Both the position numbers and the translations under genes were made by a program. Positions 18,763-28,194 of a stretch of DNA of 64,000 nt are shown in pieces. Position 1 is the stretch's first letter. Each line of letters begins with the position of its first letter. The notes under the pieces are model-generated. The model saw only the letters and a program-made list of their open reading frames with translations, was not told the origin of the DNA and did not search any database. Origin of the DNA: Deltaproteobacteria bacterium TL4 (GTDB lineage Bacteria > SAR324 > NAC60-12). The stretch covers positions 10,552-74,551 of the forward strand of contig JBBCAX010000253.1 of assembly GCA_051382335.1 (NCBI GenBank). Direction: 5' to 3'.

Positions 18763-21700
18763 ATGCAAACTGTTGAGAACTATACACTCATCCGGGAAAT
18801 ATACCAATCGCCGAGTACACTCATCTTTCAAGCAAAACGTAAGCACGATGATTACCCGGTTGTCTTGAAAATGTTGAATAAAGATCGTCCCACACCTGAA
18901 GATCTTGCCCGCTTTATTCGGGAATTTGAGGTCAGTCACTCCCTCAAAATGGAAGGCGTGGTTAAAGCGCTTTCACTGGTACAAGATCAACATACTCCGG
19001 TTATTGTTTTTGATGACTCGGGCGAAGGACAGTCTTTGGATCGCTTGATAAAAAAGGGACCGCTTTCCCTTCCCACCTTTTTAACCATTGCCATACACAT
19101 CGTTGATGCCCTCGGAAGTCTTCATCAACGCAAGATCATTCATAAGGACCTCAAACCTCATAATATCCTTTATTACGAAGCCACTCACAGCATCAAACTG
19201 ATTGATTTTGGACTCTCAACCAAACTTCATATCGAAAAACCCGAAAAACTGGCCACTACCGCACTTGAGGGGTCGTTGGCCTATATTTCACCGGAACAAA
19301 CAGGTCGTATGAATCGTCCTCTTGATTATCGTACGGACTATTACTCTCTGGGGATCACTTTCTATGAAATGCTTCATGGCGTTCCCCCTTTTCAAAGCAA
19401 AGACCCGCTTTCGTTAATTCACAGCCACATTGCCAAACTGCCTCCGTTTCTGCATCTGATTCAACCGGAAATCCCTGAAGCCATTTCCCGGATTGTGATG
19501 AAATTAATTGAGAAAAATGCTGAAAACCGATATCAAAGCTGGTTTGGACTCAAAAGCGATTTAATGCGCTGCGCAGATGAGTTAAAAGCTAACGCCAATA
19601 TCGTACCTTTTCCCCTTGCCCAGCGGGATATCTCGGAGCAATTTCAATTTCCCGCCAGGCTGTATGGCCGCAGAGAAGAGGCCTTACTGCTTTTAGACTC
19701 CTTCGAAAGAGTAACCTTGGGAGGCGTTGAAATGGTTTGGATTAATGGGGCTTCAGGAGTTGGCAAATCCACCTTGATTCATGAACTGCATAAGCCCTTG
19801 ACCATGCGTAATGGCTACTTTCTTTCAGGAAAATTTGAACAACTCTATCAAAAGGAAGCCTACAGCGCGTTCATCCAGGCTTTTAAATCGGCGGTCTATG
19901 AGATCATGGGGGAAAGTAATGAGAGTCTCCGTTCCTGGCGAAAAAAGTTACACACCGCCTTGGAATCAAATGGGCAACTCATTATCGATTTAATTCCTGA
20001 GGTTGAATACCTCATCGGCCCACAACCTTTGGTGCAAGAGATGGGTCCCACCGAAAGCAAAAATCGCTTTCATCGGGTGTTGCTGCGCTTTATTAATACC
20101 TTTGCCAGTAAACATCACCCCCTGGTGTTGTTTTTGGATGATTTACAATGGGCCGACTCCGCCTCGTTGAATCTGATTGAAAAGCTGCTTACCGAACATA
20201 ACCAGGCCTACCTGTTACTCATCGGAGCCTATCGTGACAATGAAGTCAATCCCGCGCACTTGCTGGCTCTGACCTTGGATCGCTTAAAAAAACGTAATGC
20301 GGTTTTGCATACGCTCCATCTGGATCCCTTGAATGAAGCCACGCTGACCGAGTTGATTGCGGATACCCTTCATTCCACGGAAGCTCAAGTGAGTCATCTT
20401 TCACAAATTGTTTTTGCGAAAACGCATGGCAATCCTTTCTATGTTCAGGAGTTATTGAACAATCTGCATGATGAAGGGATTGTGAAATTTTCTCATGCTG
20501 AAGGGTGTTGGCAGTGGAATAAAGAAAAAATTGAGAGCATTCGAGTTCGTGAAAGTGTGGTGGAATTCATGATCACCCGCTTTAACAAACTTCCTGTTCA
20601 AACCAGGGAAATGCTTCAAACGGCCTCGTGTATCGGAAATGATTTCGAACTAAAAACCTTGGCCTTGATTCGTGATACCAACCCTTCTACCATCGCAAAG
20701 TCCCTCTGGCCGGCGATTGAAAAGGGAATCTTGACGCCTTTAGGGGACTACCAACTGCTGCATGTGGAAAATGGTCAGGATTTGAATATTTCATCAGATT
20801 TCGGGGTTCACTACAGATTCCGACACGATCGTTTGCGTCAGGTGGCTTATGACTTGATGGAGCCTTCCATCAGAAGTGCCCTGCATCTCCATATAGGTCG
20901 GCATTTGTTGGAACATGTCCCCAAAGGTGAGGACGATAGCTGGACTTTTCAAGTAGTGCGGCAACTCAATTCCGGAAGAACGCTGATCACAGATCCTCAA
21001 GAAAAAGAAAGCCTGGCGGAACTCAACCTTAAAGCCTCAATTAAAGCTAAACAGGCGACAGCTTATCAACCTGCGCTCGAATACATTGAAGTGGGGTTGA
21101 GCTTACTTCATCAAACAACCTGGGAAAGCCATTATGATTTACGTTATAGAATGGTCATGCAATATTCGGAGTGCGCCTACCTTTGTAAAGCCTTTGAATT
21201 GGCAGAAAAACAAAGTGAATTGTTATTGCAATACGCAAAAACCAATTTTCAAAAAGCTGAAATCTATGGGATGCGAAGTTTTCAATATCATGCCTTGGGT
21301 AAAAATTTAGAGGCCGTCAAAACAGGGTTGCAAGGCATTGAACAATTAGGGCTTAAAATACCGTTCCACCCGAACAAACTGCTGGTAATTCGTGAACTGT
21401 TGCTGGCCAAGTGGCTTTTGCGTAATAAAAGCATTGACGACTTGTTGAATTTACCCCAAATGACCAGTAAGGAAAACAGGTTGCTCATCAAACTTTGCCG
21501 TTTTATTGGCATTTTGGTTTATACCACTGAAAATCGGAATTTGCTGGGCCTGGGAATTATGAAGATTCTGACCTATTCCTTGCGTTTTGGCAATGCACCC
21601 GAATCTTCTATTGGATACAATGCGTATGGCATGATTTTAGGCTCAGTGTTTGGTAATTATAAAAAAGGCTACGCCTTTGGAAAACTGGCTCTTCGGTTGA

Positions 21701-24087
21701 ACGATTTCCATAATGATTTAAGTTTAAAAAGCTACAATGAGCTGATCTACTTGACGGGAATTCATCATTGGAATAATCACCTGAATACCTTAACACCGCT
21801 CTATAACCACGCGTTGCAAGCCTCCTTACAGTCCGGGGATTTGGCGAACTCTGCGGCGATTAGTGTCTTGATTTATTTTTTTGACACCAATCTTACGTTA
21901 AGGACTCTATTAAAAAAACAGGAACCTTATGTAGATATTTTAAAAAGTATCCAAAACCCCGAGTATCTTGAGATCATGCATCTCATCAGGCAATATCGAC
22001 TTTGCCTTTTGGGACTGACCCAAAGCCGCATCTCCATGAGTGATGCACACTTTGACGAAAAGGTCTGCCTTCAACGCTTGCAACAGTACGGCTCACAAAT
22101 TGGAATAGCCTTGGCCAAAGTCAGCCAATTCCTGTTGTACTGCATGTATGAAGATTATCAAAAAGCCTCACAATTAATGCCGGATCTGATTCAATTTGAA
22201 AATGCCTTTTCTGATATCGCACTCCTCGTTTCTGCGGCCCTGAGACGTTTCATTACACTGGCAACTCGTTTTCCTGAAATGAACTGGTGGGAAAAGTTAA
22301 AAGCCAAATGGCGCATGAACAAAGACTATCAAAGGATGAAACGTTGGACGCAGCATTTCCCAGATAATTGTCGCCATTGTACTTTTTTAATGGAGGCCGA
22401 GTTTCAAAGACTTTCAGACCATCCTTTCGAAGCCGGAAACCTTTATGATCGAGCGCTGGAAGAGGCCAAAAAGAATGAATTTTTAGAAGATCAAGCCCTC
22501 ATTAATCAACTTGCCGCAAAATTTTATTATCAACATCAACAAATGAAGGCCGCGCAACTCTATATGAAGGAAGCGGTTCGGCTTTATGAAGACTGGGGCG
22601 CTGTAGAAAAAGTCAAATATCTCCAGGAACGCTATCCTGAGTTAATCACGGTTTCGCCTGAAGTGGAACAGACACCCGTTGCTTCTTTACGTTCGATGGT
22701 GCTTGATCCTCGTACTATTTCTATGTCAACGAATACCACGGCCTCAGGTCATTCTCTGGATCTTTCTTCTGTTTTAAAAGCCTCACAAAGTATCTCACGG
22801 GAAATCAATTTGACTCGTCTGCTTAAAATATTAATTGAAAATATTATTGAGAATGCGGGTGCTGAACGAGGGTTTCTCATGCTGAAAGAAAATGTAGGTC
22901 AACGGATGTTGGTTCAAGCAGAAGGAAACGCCAATACCGGGGAAATTAAAATAATGAGTGGAGAAAGTGTTCGGGAGTTTGATCGAGTCGCTCGAAGTAT
23001 CACTCAATATGTAATTCGTACCCAGGGGAATGTGGTTCTGCATGACGCTTCAAATGAAGGAACTTTTACCAATGATCCTTATGTGATTAAAAATCAGCCT
23101 CGCTCTCTGCTCTGTTCTCCCATCATCAACCATGGCGCCTTGGTGGGATTGATCTACCTGGAAAACAACTTAAGCACAGGCGTCTTTACTGAAGAACGCC
23201 TGGAAATCCTCAATTTACTTTCAACGCAAGCGGCAATTTCCATAGAAAATGCTTACCATTATCGAGATTTAAAAGAACGGGAACGTTTAAAAATGGAGTT
23301 GGAAACGGCCCATACGGTGCAAGAATTTCTGATTCCAAAAGAAAATCCTCAGTTGGAGGCAATCGAAATTGCCAGCTTTTATCAGTTCGCTTCTGAAACA
23401 GGCGGGGATTGGTATGATTTTCGTTATACCCCTCATCTCAACACCTTGGATGTGATGATTGGAGACGTCACAGGACATGGGGTCCCTGCCGCCTTAATCA
23501 CTGCCGCGGCTAGTAGCGCAATGGAACAGTTATTACAATATAGACAACGCATTGTTGACGAAGGGACTCCCGATCCAAGGCTTTTTAACCCCGATTACCT
23601 GCTCACCCAACTCAATTATGTCCTGCATAAAAAAACAAGTGGACGTTATACCATGAGTTTTTTCTATTCCAGTATTGATCTGAACACCAAAGTCATGAGT
23701 TACTCCTGTGCGGCACATCCGCCCTGTTTCCTTTGGAGACCCAGTCAATTCACCACGGAACGCAATATGACCCAGGTCAAAAAACCAATTGCACGACTTA
23801 AAATGAGGTCCGCGTTAATGGGGTCTTATAAAGAAAGTCAGTATGTGACTCAAACCCAGCAACTACAGAAAGATGATGTTCTGGTATGGTATACGGATGG
23901 CTTGACTGAGAACCTGAACCCCCAACATCAAATGTTTGGCAGTCGGAAAATAATCAACATCTTGAGTGCTGCCGATGGAAAAACCGCGCAAGAAATCCAA
24001 AAAGAGATTTTGGATGCCGCTTATCTCCATTACGCCAATCAACCTGCTGAAGATGATATCACGCTCATTGTCGCGAGGATTCGATAG
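18763..24087 (+). CDS. Multidomain Ser/Thr kinase - AAA/STAND-like ATPase - GAF - SpoIIE/PP2C phosphatase
   Basis: Kinase HKDLKPHN/DFG/SPEQTGR; Walker A GASGVGKS; LDDLQWAD; GAF (YLENN); PP2C motifs GGDWYD, DVTGHG, YTDG and DDIT. Confidence 0.92.
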   Translation: MQTVENYTLIREIYQSPSTLIFQAKRKHDDYPVVLKMLNKDRPTPEDLARFIREFEVSHSLKMEGVVKALSLVQDQHTPVIVFDDSGEGQSLDRLIKKGPLSLPTFLTIAIHIVDALGSLHQRKIIHKDLKPHNILYYEATHSIKLIDFGLSTKLHIEKPEKLATTALEGSLAYISPEQTGRMNRPLDYRTDYYSLGITFYEMLHGVPPFQSKDPLSLIHSHIAKLPPFLHLIQPEIPEAISRIVMKLIEKNAENRYQSWFGLKSDLMRCADELKANANIVPFPLAQRDISEQFQFPARLYGRREEALLLLDSFERVTLGGVEMVWINGASGVGKSTLIHELHKPLTMRNGYFLSGKFEQLYQKEAYSAFIQAFKSAVYEIMGESNESLRSWRKKLHTALESNGQLIIDLIPEVEYLIGPQPLVQEMGPTESKNRFHRVLLRFINTFASKHHPLVLFLDDLQWADSASLNLIEKLLTEHNQAYLLLIGAYRDNEVNPAHLLALTLDRLKKRNAVLHTLHLDPLNEATLTELIADTLHSTEAQVSHLSQIVFAKTHGNPFYVQELLNNLHDEGIVKFSHAEGCWQWNKEKIESIRVRESVVEFMITRFNKLPVQTREMLQTASCIGNDFELKTLALIRDTNPSTIAKSLWPAIEKGILTPLGDYQLLHVENGQDLNISSDFGVHYRFRHDRLRQVAYDLMEPSIRSALHLHIGRHLLEHVPKGEDDSWTFQVVRQLNSGRTLITDPQEKESLAELNLKASIKAKQATAYQPALEYIEVGLSLLHQTTWESHYDLRYRMVMQYSECAYLCKAFELAEKQSELLLQYAKTNFQKAEIYGMRSFQYHALGKNLEAVKTGLQGIEQLGLKIPFHPNKLLVIRELLLAKWLLRNKSIDDLLNLPQMTSKENRLLIKLCRFIGILVYTTENRNLLGLGIMKILTYSLRFGNAPESSIGYNAYGMILGSVFGNYKKGYAFGKLALRLNDFHNDLSLKSYNELIYLTGIHHWNNHLNTLTPLYNHALQASLQSGDLANSAAISVLIYFFDTNLTLRTLLKKQEPYVDILKSIQNPEYLEIMHLIRQYRLCLLGLTQSRISMSDAHFDEKVCLQRLQQYGSQIGIALAKVSQFLLYCMYEDYQKASQLMPDLIQFENAFSDIALLVSAALRRFITLATRFPEMNWWEKLKAKWRMNKDYQRMKRWTQHFPDNCRHCTFLMEAEFQRLSDHPFEAGNLYDRALEEAKKNEFLEDQALINQLAAKFYYQHQQMKAAQLYMKEAVRLYEDWGAVEKVKYLQERYPELITVSPEVEQTPVASLRSMVLDPRTISMSTNTTASGHSLDLSSVLKASQSISREINLTRLLKILIENIIENAGAERGFLMLKENVGQRMLVQAEGNANTGEIKIMSGESVREFDRVARSITQYVIRTQGNVVLHDASNEGTFTNDPYVIKNQPRSLLCSPIINHGALVGLIYLENNLSTGVFTEERLEILNLLSTQAAISIENAYHYRDLKERERLKMELETAHTVQEFLIPKENPQLEAIEIASFYQFASETGGDWYDFRYTPHLNTLDVMIGDVTGHGVPAALITAAASSAMEQLLQYRQRIVDEGTPDPRLFNPDYLLTQLNYVLHKKTSGRYTMSFFYSSIDLNTKVMSYSCAAHPPCFLWRPSQFTTERNMTQVKKPIARLKMRSALMGSYKESQYVTQTQQLQKDDVLVWYTDGLTENLNPQHQMFGSRKIINILSAADGKTAQEIQKEILDAAYLHYANQPAEDDITLIVARIR

Positions 24088-24100
24088 TCTCTGCTGAATT

Positions 24101-24346
24101 TTAGGCACCTTTAAATGATTTAAAAATATTTATTGATACAATTTCGATTTTGCCCGAAGGATGAAAATTGTAACCAATTCTAAAAAGTTCGGTTGAAACA
24201 TAACGTCTTGTATTCCCTGCCCAGATTCCTCGATCTGGGTTGAGTTCAATCAAATGAATTGCTCGAAGAATTTCTTTTGTTAAACTTGGATTGCTTAATT
24301 CCATTTCTATGAGCATCTTAACAATTTCGGAATACCAATCAGCCAT
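24101..24346 (-). CDS. Probable RelE/ParE-like toxin
   Basis: 81 aa, overlaps the antitoxin stop; IxLxxNPxxG...R...FRIGY...IEIVSI pattern. Confidence 0.5.
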   Translation of the reverse strand: MADWYSEIVKMLIEMELSNPSLTKEILRAIHLIELNPDRGIWAGNTRRYVSTELFRIGYNFHPSGKIEIVSINIFKSFKGA

Positions 24347-24587
24347 TGTTATTTCTCACCGCTGCAAGCATTGCCTCCACTTGCTCCGTAGTGTACTTTG
24401 GTTTTCCTTGTTGTCTTAATTCTGCTAAATCCATTTCCGTATTGACCAACTTCATCTCCATCTCTAAATATCTTGATTTGGGGAGGACTACCACTTCTTC
24501 TTGTGGACTTTTAATTTCTATTGGATACCCAAGGGACATTATTTTGGAGAAATTTTTCCTGGCTTCACTGATTTTATAGACTTCCAT
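24339..24587 (-). CDS. Phd/YefM-family antitoxin
   Basis: ISEARKNFSKI...PIEI...VVVLPKSRY N-terminal Phd motif. Confidence 0.7.
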   Translation of the reverse strand: MEVYKISEARKNFSKIMSLGYPIEIKSPQEEVVVLPKSRYLEMEMKLVNTEMDLAELRQQGKPKYTTEQVEAMLAAVRNNNG

Positions 24588-24620
24588 AAGCAAATACAGC
24601 TAAGAGTTGATAAATTAATT

Positions 24621-24648
24621 ACTATAATTTGTAACAATAATGATACAA
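24621..24648 (-). promoter_or_regulatory. Putative sigma70 promoter of the TA operon
   Basis: Minus strand reads TTGTAT-16 bp-TATAGT, overlapping a near-palindrome TTGTTACAA that could be an operator. Confidence 0.35.
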
Positions 24649-24938
24649 CTTAACAAGTAATATTTTGTTTCAAAACGTCTGGATGGCTCCCCATTTAACG
24701 CGGGACAATAAATTTTTTTAATCGTAAGCTTAACTTAACTCCAGGCCTTCTTTTCCATTTATTAGACATCTTTCCAAAATAAAACCTGGATTTTGCGGGT
24801 TTGCTGGCATCCTCCTCCTTTACAGTTTTTCAGAATTTCAAATACATTGTAAAGAGGACAAATGAGCGGCTTTGATCAACTGAGAACCCAAAAACCTGAG
24901 AAATTGGCTACTCCCTTAAGCCGGGACAGCTATTCAAA

Positions 24939-25104
24939 GTAGGATGTGTACAACCTCTCCGGTTCCCGTGTGATGATAGCTAATCATCGCACCTTTTTGA
25001 AGCAACTTAAAGATACAAGGATGTGTTAGCCGGTAGGCGTAACGCCTCAATAAACCCGCCTCTGCCTGATGCGTTACGCTCGCAAGCTCGCTAACACATC
25101 CTAC
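24939..25104. repeat. GTAG-type REP doublet; its left unit is interrupted by a 71-bp TGT...ACA element (24947..25017)
   Basis: AGGATG is duplicated at 24941-24946 and 25018-25023. Removing the insert restores GTAGGATGTGTTAGC, complementary to GCTAACACATCCTAC at 25090-25104. Confidence 0.65.
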
Positions 25105-25109
25105 CCTGT

Positions 25110-25212
25110 GTCCCGGCTTTGTAAGAAAGTGGTAGAAGGGGACTACGTGCCCCTCACTTTGTCGGGCATGTAATCCCGGCCTACCAATTACTTTCATGCT
25201 TCGTTGTGAGAC
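25110..25212. mobile_element. Short MITE-like element with an internal degenerate GTAG REP doublet
   Basis: Ends GTCCCGGC...GAAAGT and ACTTTC...GTGAGAC resemble nearby IS-end-like sequences (24685-24707, 24906-24928, 25214-25240). Internal GTAGAAGGGG... and ...CCGGCCTAC. Confidence 0.45.
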
Positions 25213-25213
25213 T

Positions 25214-26445
25214 TGTCTCATGGGGGTTAAGTGAGTAGCCAAGAAATTTACACGAGAAACAGGGACCCCTTTGAAAAAATTCAAAAACCTGCGCAAAGCC
25301 GTCACCACTATTAATAAGTGAACAGGTCTTAAAAAAAGACGGGCTATAGTCATCGTTTCGCCAATCCAGCAATCAAACGATTTTCAGGGTATTGCTCCTT
25401 TGCTCCTTTTTTCTGGAAGCCGCCGGTCTGGATAAGGGAGGCATCCGTCGCAAGAGCCATTGAAATCTTCTTGCCGCTCAGGACTCAACTCCCGCCAGTC
25501 CACATCCCTCCACGCCAAAGTCTGTAACAATGGTTCAGACTTTTCCCTCAAGCGACGTTTCTCTTCAGGGTTTGAAGATTTACGGGCACATTCCTGAAAA
25601 TAAAGAGCAGGAAGCAGAAAGTGGAGCCTTTGATCTTCCCGCAGTTTGGAAAGCTCCCACCCCCGCATCATTTCCCCGATCATAAACCAGACAAAGACCA
25701 GAGTGGCCTGCCTTTGATCCACCAGGCGCAACACCCTCTTGATTTCTCTGGCTGATTTGTTCCAGAGCGTCTTTGACTTCGGTTTGTCGGTTTTGCGCTG
25801 TTTCCAGTTTTTCTTGGGCGAGTTTCTCAGCGCTCACGGCAGACTCGATCCGTTTTTCAAAATCAGGCGCCCGTCCAGGAGGTCTGTTTTGAAAGAACGC
25901 TTCCTGTTGCTCTCGCCGCGTTTGAGTCTGTTGGACAGCGTTTTGATACGGCTTTTCCGCTTCTACACTTTGGGCTTTCAAGGCCAGCAAGGTGGCCTGT
26001 GAAAGAGCCTGAAGCGGATGAAATAAATCGGGGGCATGATGTGCCGACAAGCCTTGGGTGATGTGGTTTAACAACCCTTTTCCTTCATCACTTCCCACCT
26101 GAATCACCTCCACCGGCATTCCCTTCATGGCCTTTGAGAGTTCCTCCGTCCCTGTTTTTCCTTCACGATGGGGCGCATAGGTTTCCAAAACGATATAATT
26201 CGAGACCGCTTCCAGTCCCACTAGACAGAGTTGATCTCCATGAAAGGTTTCATCCTCTAACATCGTAATCCGCTTGGGACTCATCCTCGCTGATAAGCGA
26301 GCCCCTTCTTCCTTCTGATAAGGACGAATCAACTCCGCCACTTCCTGCCCAAACGAGCTTTGACTCCCGTGAGAGGAACCCACAAAGGACGAACTTTGAC
26401 TTAACTCCAAAAAATGGCAGAGGACATTGATTCCATCGGAATTCC
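25214..26445 (-). mobile_element. Degraded transposase remnant (DUF6399/ISNCY-like), frameshifted and 5'-truncated
   Basis: Motifs EDETFH, LEAVSNYIVLE, SDEGKGL, HHAPDLFH and LLPALY spread over two frames; IS-end-like sequence at 25214. Confidence 0.7.
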
Positions 26446-26447
26446 TC

Positions 26448-26675
26448 ATAGAGCGAACCTGTGTGTTCGCCCTGATCCCGGGCAGACACACAGGTCTGCC
26501 CCTACGGAACAAAACCCAAACCAGGTGGTAAATCAAAGACCGTTTTTTGACACATGGCCGAAAATGTGACCAACCCCAATGAATTCCTCAGGGAAACCTT
26601 ATTTTGCAGGTTTTCTTTCGTGTTTTTAGTGTTTTTCGTGGTTTTAAAAAGGTACCTGCACAGCTCGAAATTTTT
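26448..26675. repeat. Partial copy of the composite REP/MITE repeat also found at 40245..40733
   Basis: Near-identical to 40356..40733 except that it lacks the 179-bp TA-flanked MITE; ends in ACCTGCACAGCTCGAAA. Confidence 0.8.
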
Positions 26676-26767
26676 TATTATAGACTTTGCCTTAGAGGAT
26701 GTTTATATATGAAGTTTTTATCCGCTCGAAATATAATACATACACCCGCTTGAAGAGAAATGAAGAT

Positions 26768-28051
26768 ATGACACAAGGTAGACCCCTGGAAAACCGACTC
26801 GCAGAATCTTTGAATAAGGATTGTCATTGTATCGCTGTGGATAAAGAGGTTCTGCACAGCAGCTTGGAAGCACATCTGAGTGATTTCGGTATGCCTGAGC
26901 AGCTCCTGGATGTTCATAGCCAGTTATTTGCGACCTCGCCTGTTTTTTTGTGGCAGGGACACATCAAAAAAATGGAACAACTGATTCTCGCTATAGAAAG
27001 TGTGATCCACAATGAGGGCTACCGTGAGAGAGTCCTGACCTCTGCTCCGGACACGGCCCAAAAAGACTTTGGACCCCGAGGTGTTTTTTTTGGCTACGAC
27101 TTCCATCTTGGAGTCGAAGGCCCTCAACTGATTGAGATCAACACCAATGCTGGCGGAGTGTTGCTGAATCTTTATCTGGCTACGGCTCAACGAGCATGTT
27201 GCCCTGAAATCGACGCCTTATTTGACGGGAAAGTTAATTTTGAGGACGTTGAAAACCAACTGATAACAATGTTCCGTGAAGAGTGGAAATTACAGTGTCC
27301 AAACCAAACCCTACGCACCATCGCCATCGTTGACAACGAACCGGAAACACAGTTTTTATATCCCGAATTTTTACTCTTTCGATCACTGTTCAAACGACAC
27401 GGCCTTGAGGCCATCATCGCCGATCCCAAAGCCTTCACCCTAGAGGATAACACTTTGTGGATAGGAGCGAAAAGGATCGATTTGGTCTATAATCGACTCA
27501 CGGACTTTTATCTCGAAACACCTGAGTGCACGTGTTTAAAAGAGTCCTATCAAAAAGGTTTGGCCGTTTTCACGCCCTCCCCCCATGTTTACGCACTCAG
27601 TGCGGACAAACGAAATCTGCCACTGTTATCAGATGTGAAGCTACTGAGACAATTCGGCATAGAGGAGCAAACAATCAATATATTGAGTCAATCGGTGCCC
27701 ATGACAGTGGCCGTGACGAACGAAAATGCCTCACAGCTCTGGGAAAACAGGAAACAGAATTTTTTCAAACCAGCCAATGGCTATGGCAGTCGTGGTGCGT
27801 ATCGTGGTGCCAAACTTACCCGCCGGGTCTGGGAAAACATCATCCACTCCAATTACATCGCCCAGTCCGTCATCCCTCCCAGTGAACGGGTTCTGATCAT
27901 CAATGGCGAAAAACAATCCCTCAAACTTGACCTGCGTTGTGTCACCTATAACGGCAGGATTCAACAGCTATCGGCACGACTCTATCAGGGCCAGACAACT
28001 AACCTGAGAACCAAAGGTGGAGGACTTGCCACAGTCTTCCCAACACCGTGA
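26768..28051 (+). CDS. ATP-grasp-fold protein (glutathionylspermidine synthase / circularly permuted ATP-grasp-like)
   Basis: Motifs GYDFH, LIEINTNAGG, DLVYNR, ADKRNL, FFKPANGYGSRG and DLR. Confidence 0.65.
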   Translation: MTQGRPLENRLAESLNKDCHCIAVDKEVLHSSLEAHLSDFGMPEQLLDVHSQLFATSPVFLWQGHIKKMEQLILAIESVIHNEGYRERVLTSAPDTAQKDFGPRGVFFGYDFHLGVEGPQLIEINTNAGGVLLNLYLATAQRACCPEIDALFDGKVNFEDVENQLITMFREEWKLQCPNQTLRTIAIVDNEPETQFLYPEFLLFRSLFKRHGLEAIIADPKAFTLEDNTLWIGAKRIDLVYNRLTDFYLETPECTCLKESYQKGLAVFTPSPHVYALSADKRNLPLLSDVKLLRQFGIEEQTINILSQSVPMTVAVTNENASQLWENRKQNFFKPANGYGSRGAYRGAKLTRRVWENIIHSNYIAQSVIPPSERVLIINGEKQSLKLDLRCVTYNGRIQQLSARLYQGQTTNLRTKGGGLATVFPTP

Positions 28052-28194
28052 GGATCCTGTTACGGATCACTTCATCCAACAGAGGAGAGGTTCCCCTTTC
28101 TGAGGAGTTTTCACCTGAATAGGGAGGGGAGGGGATCACGCGTTCTTAAAGAGTCAACACCTTGCCGCTAAAGCTATTTCACAACAGAAACTCG

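Noticed and set aside
24939..25212. Clustered palindromes as a CRISPR array
   Set aside because: No identical direct repeats with regular spacers and no cas genes; they are inverted REP-like doublets.
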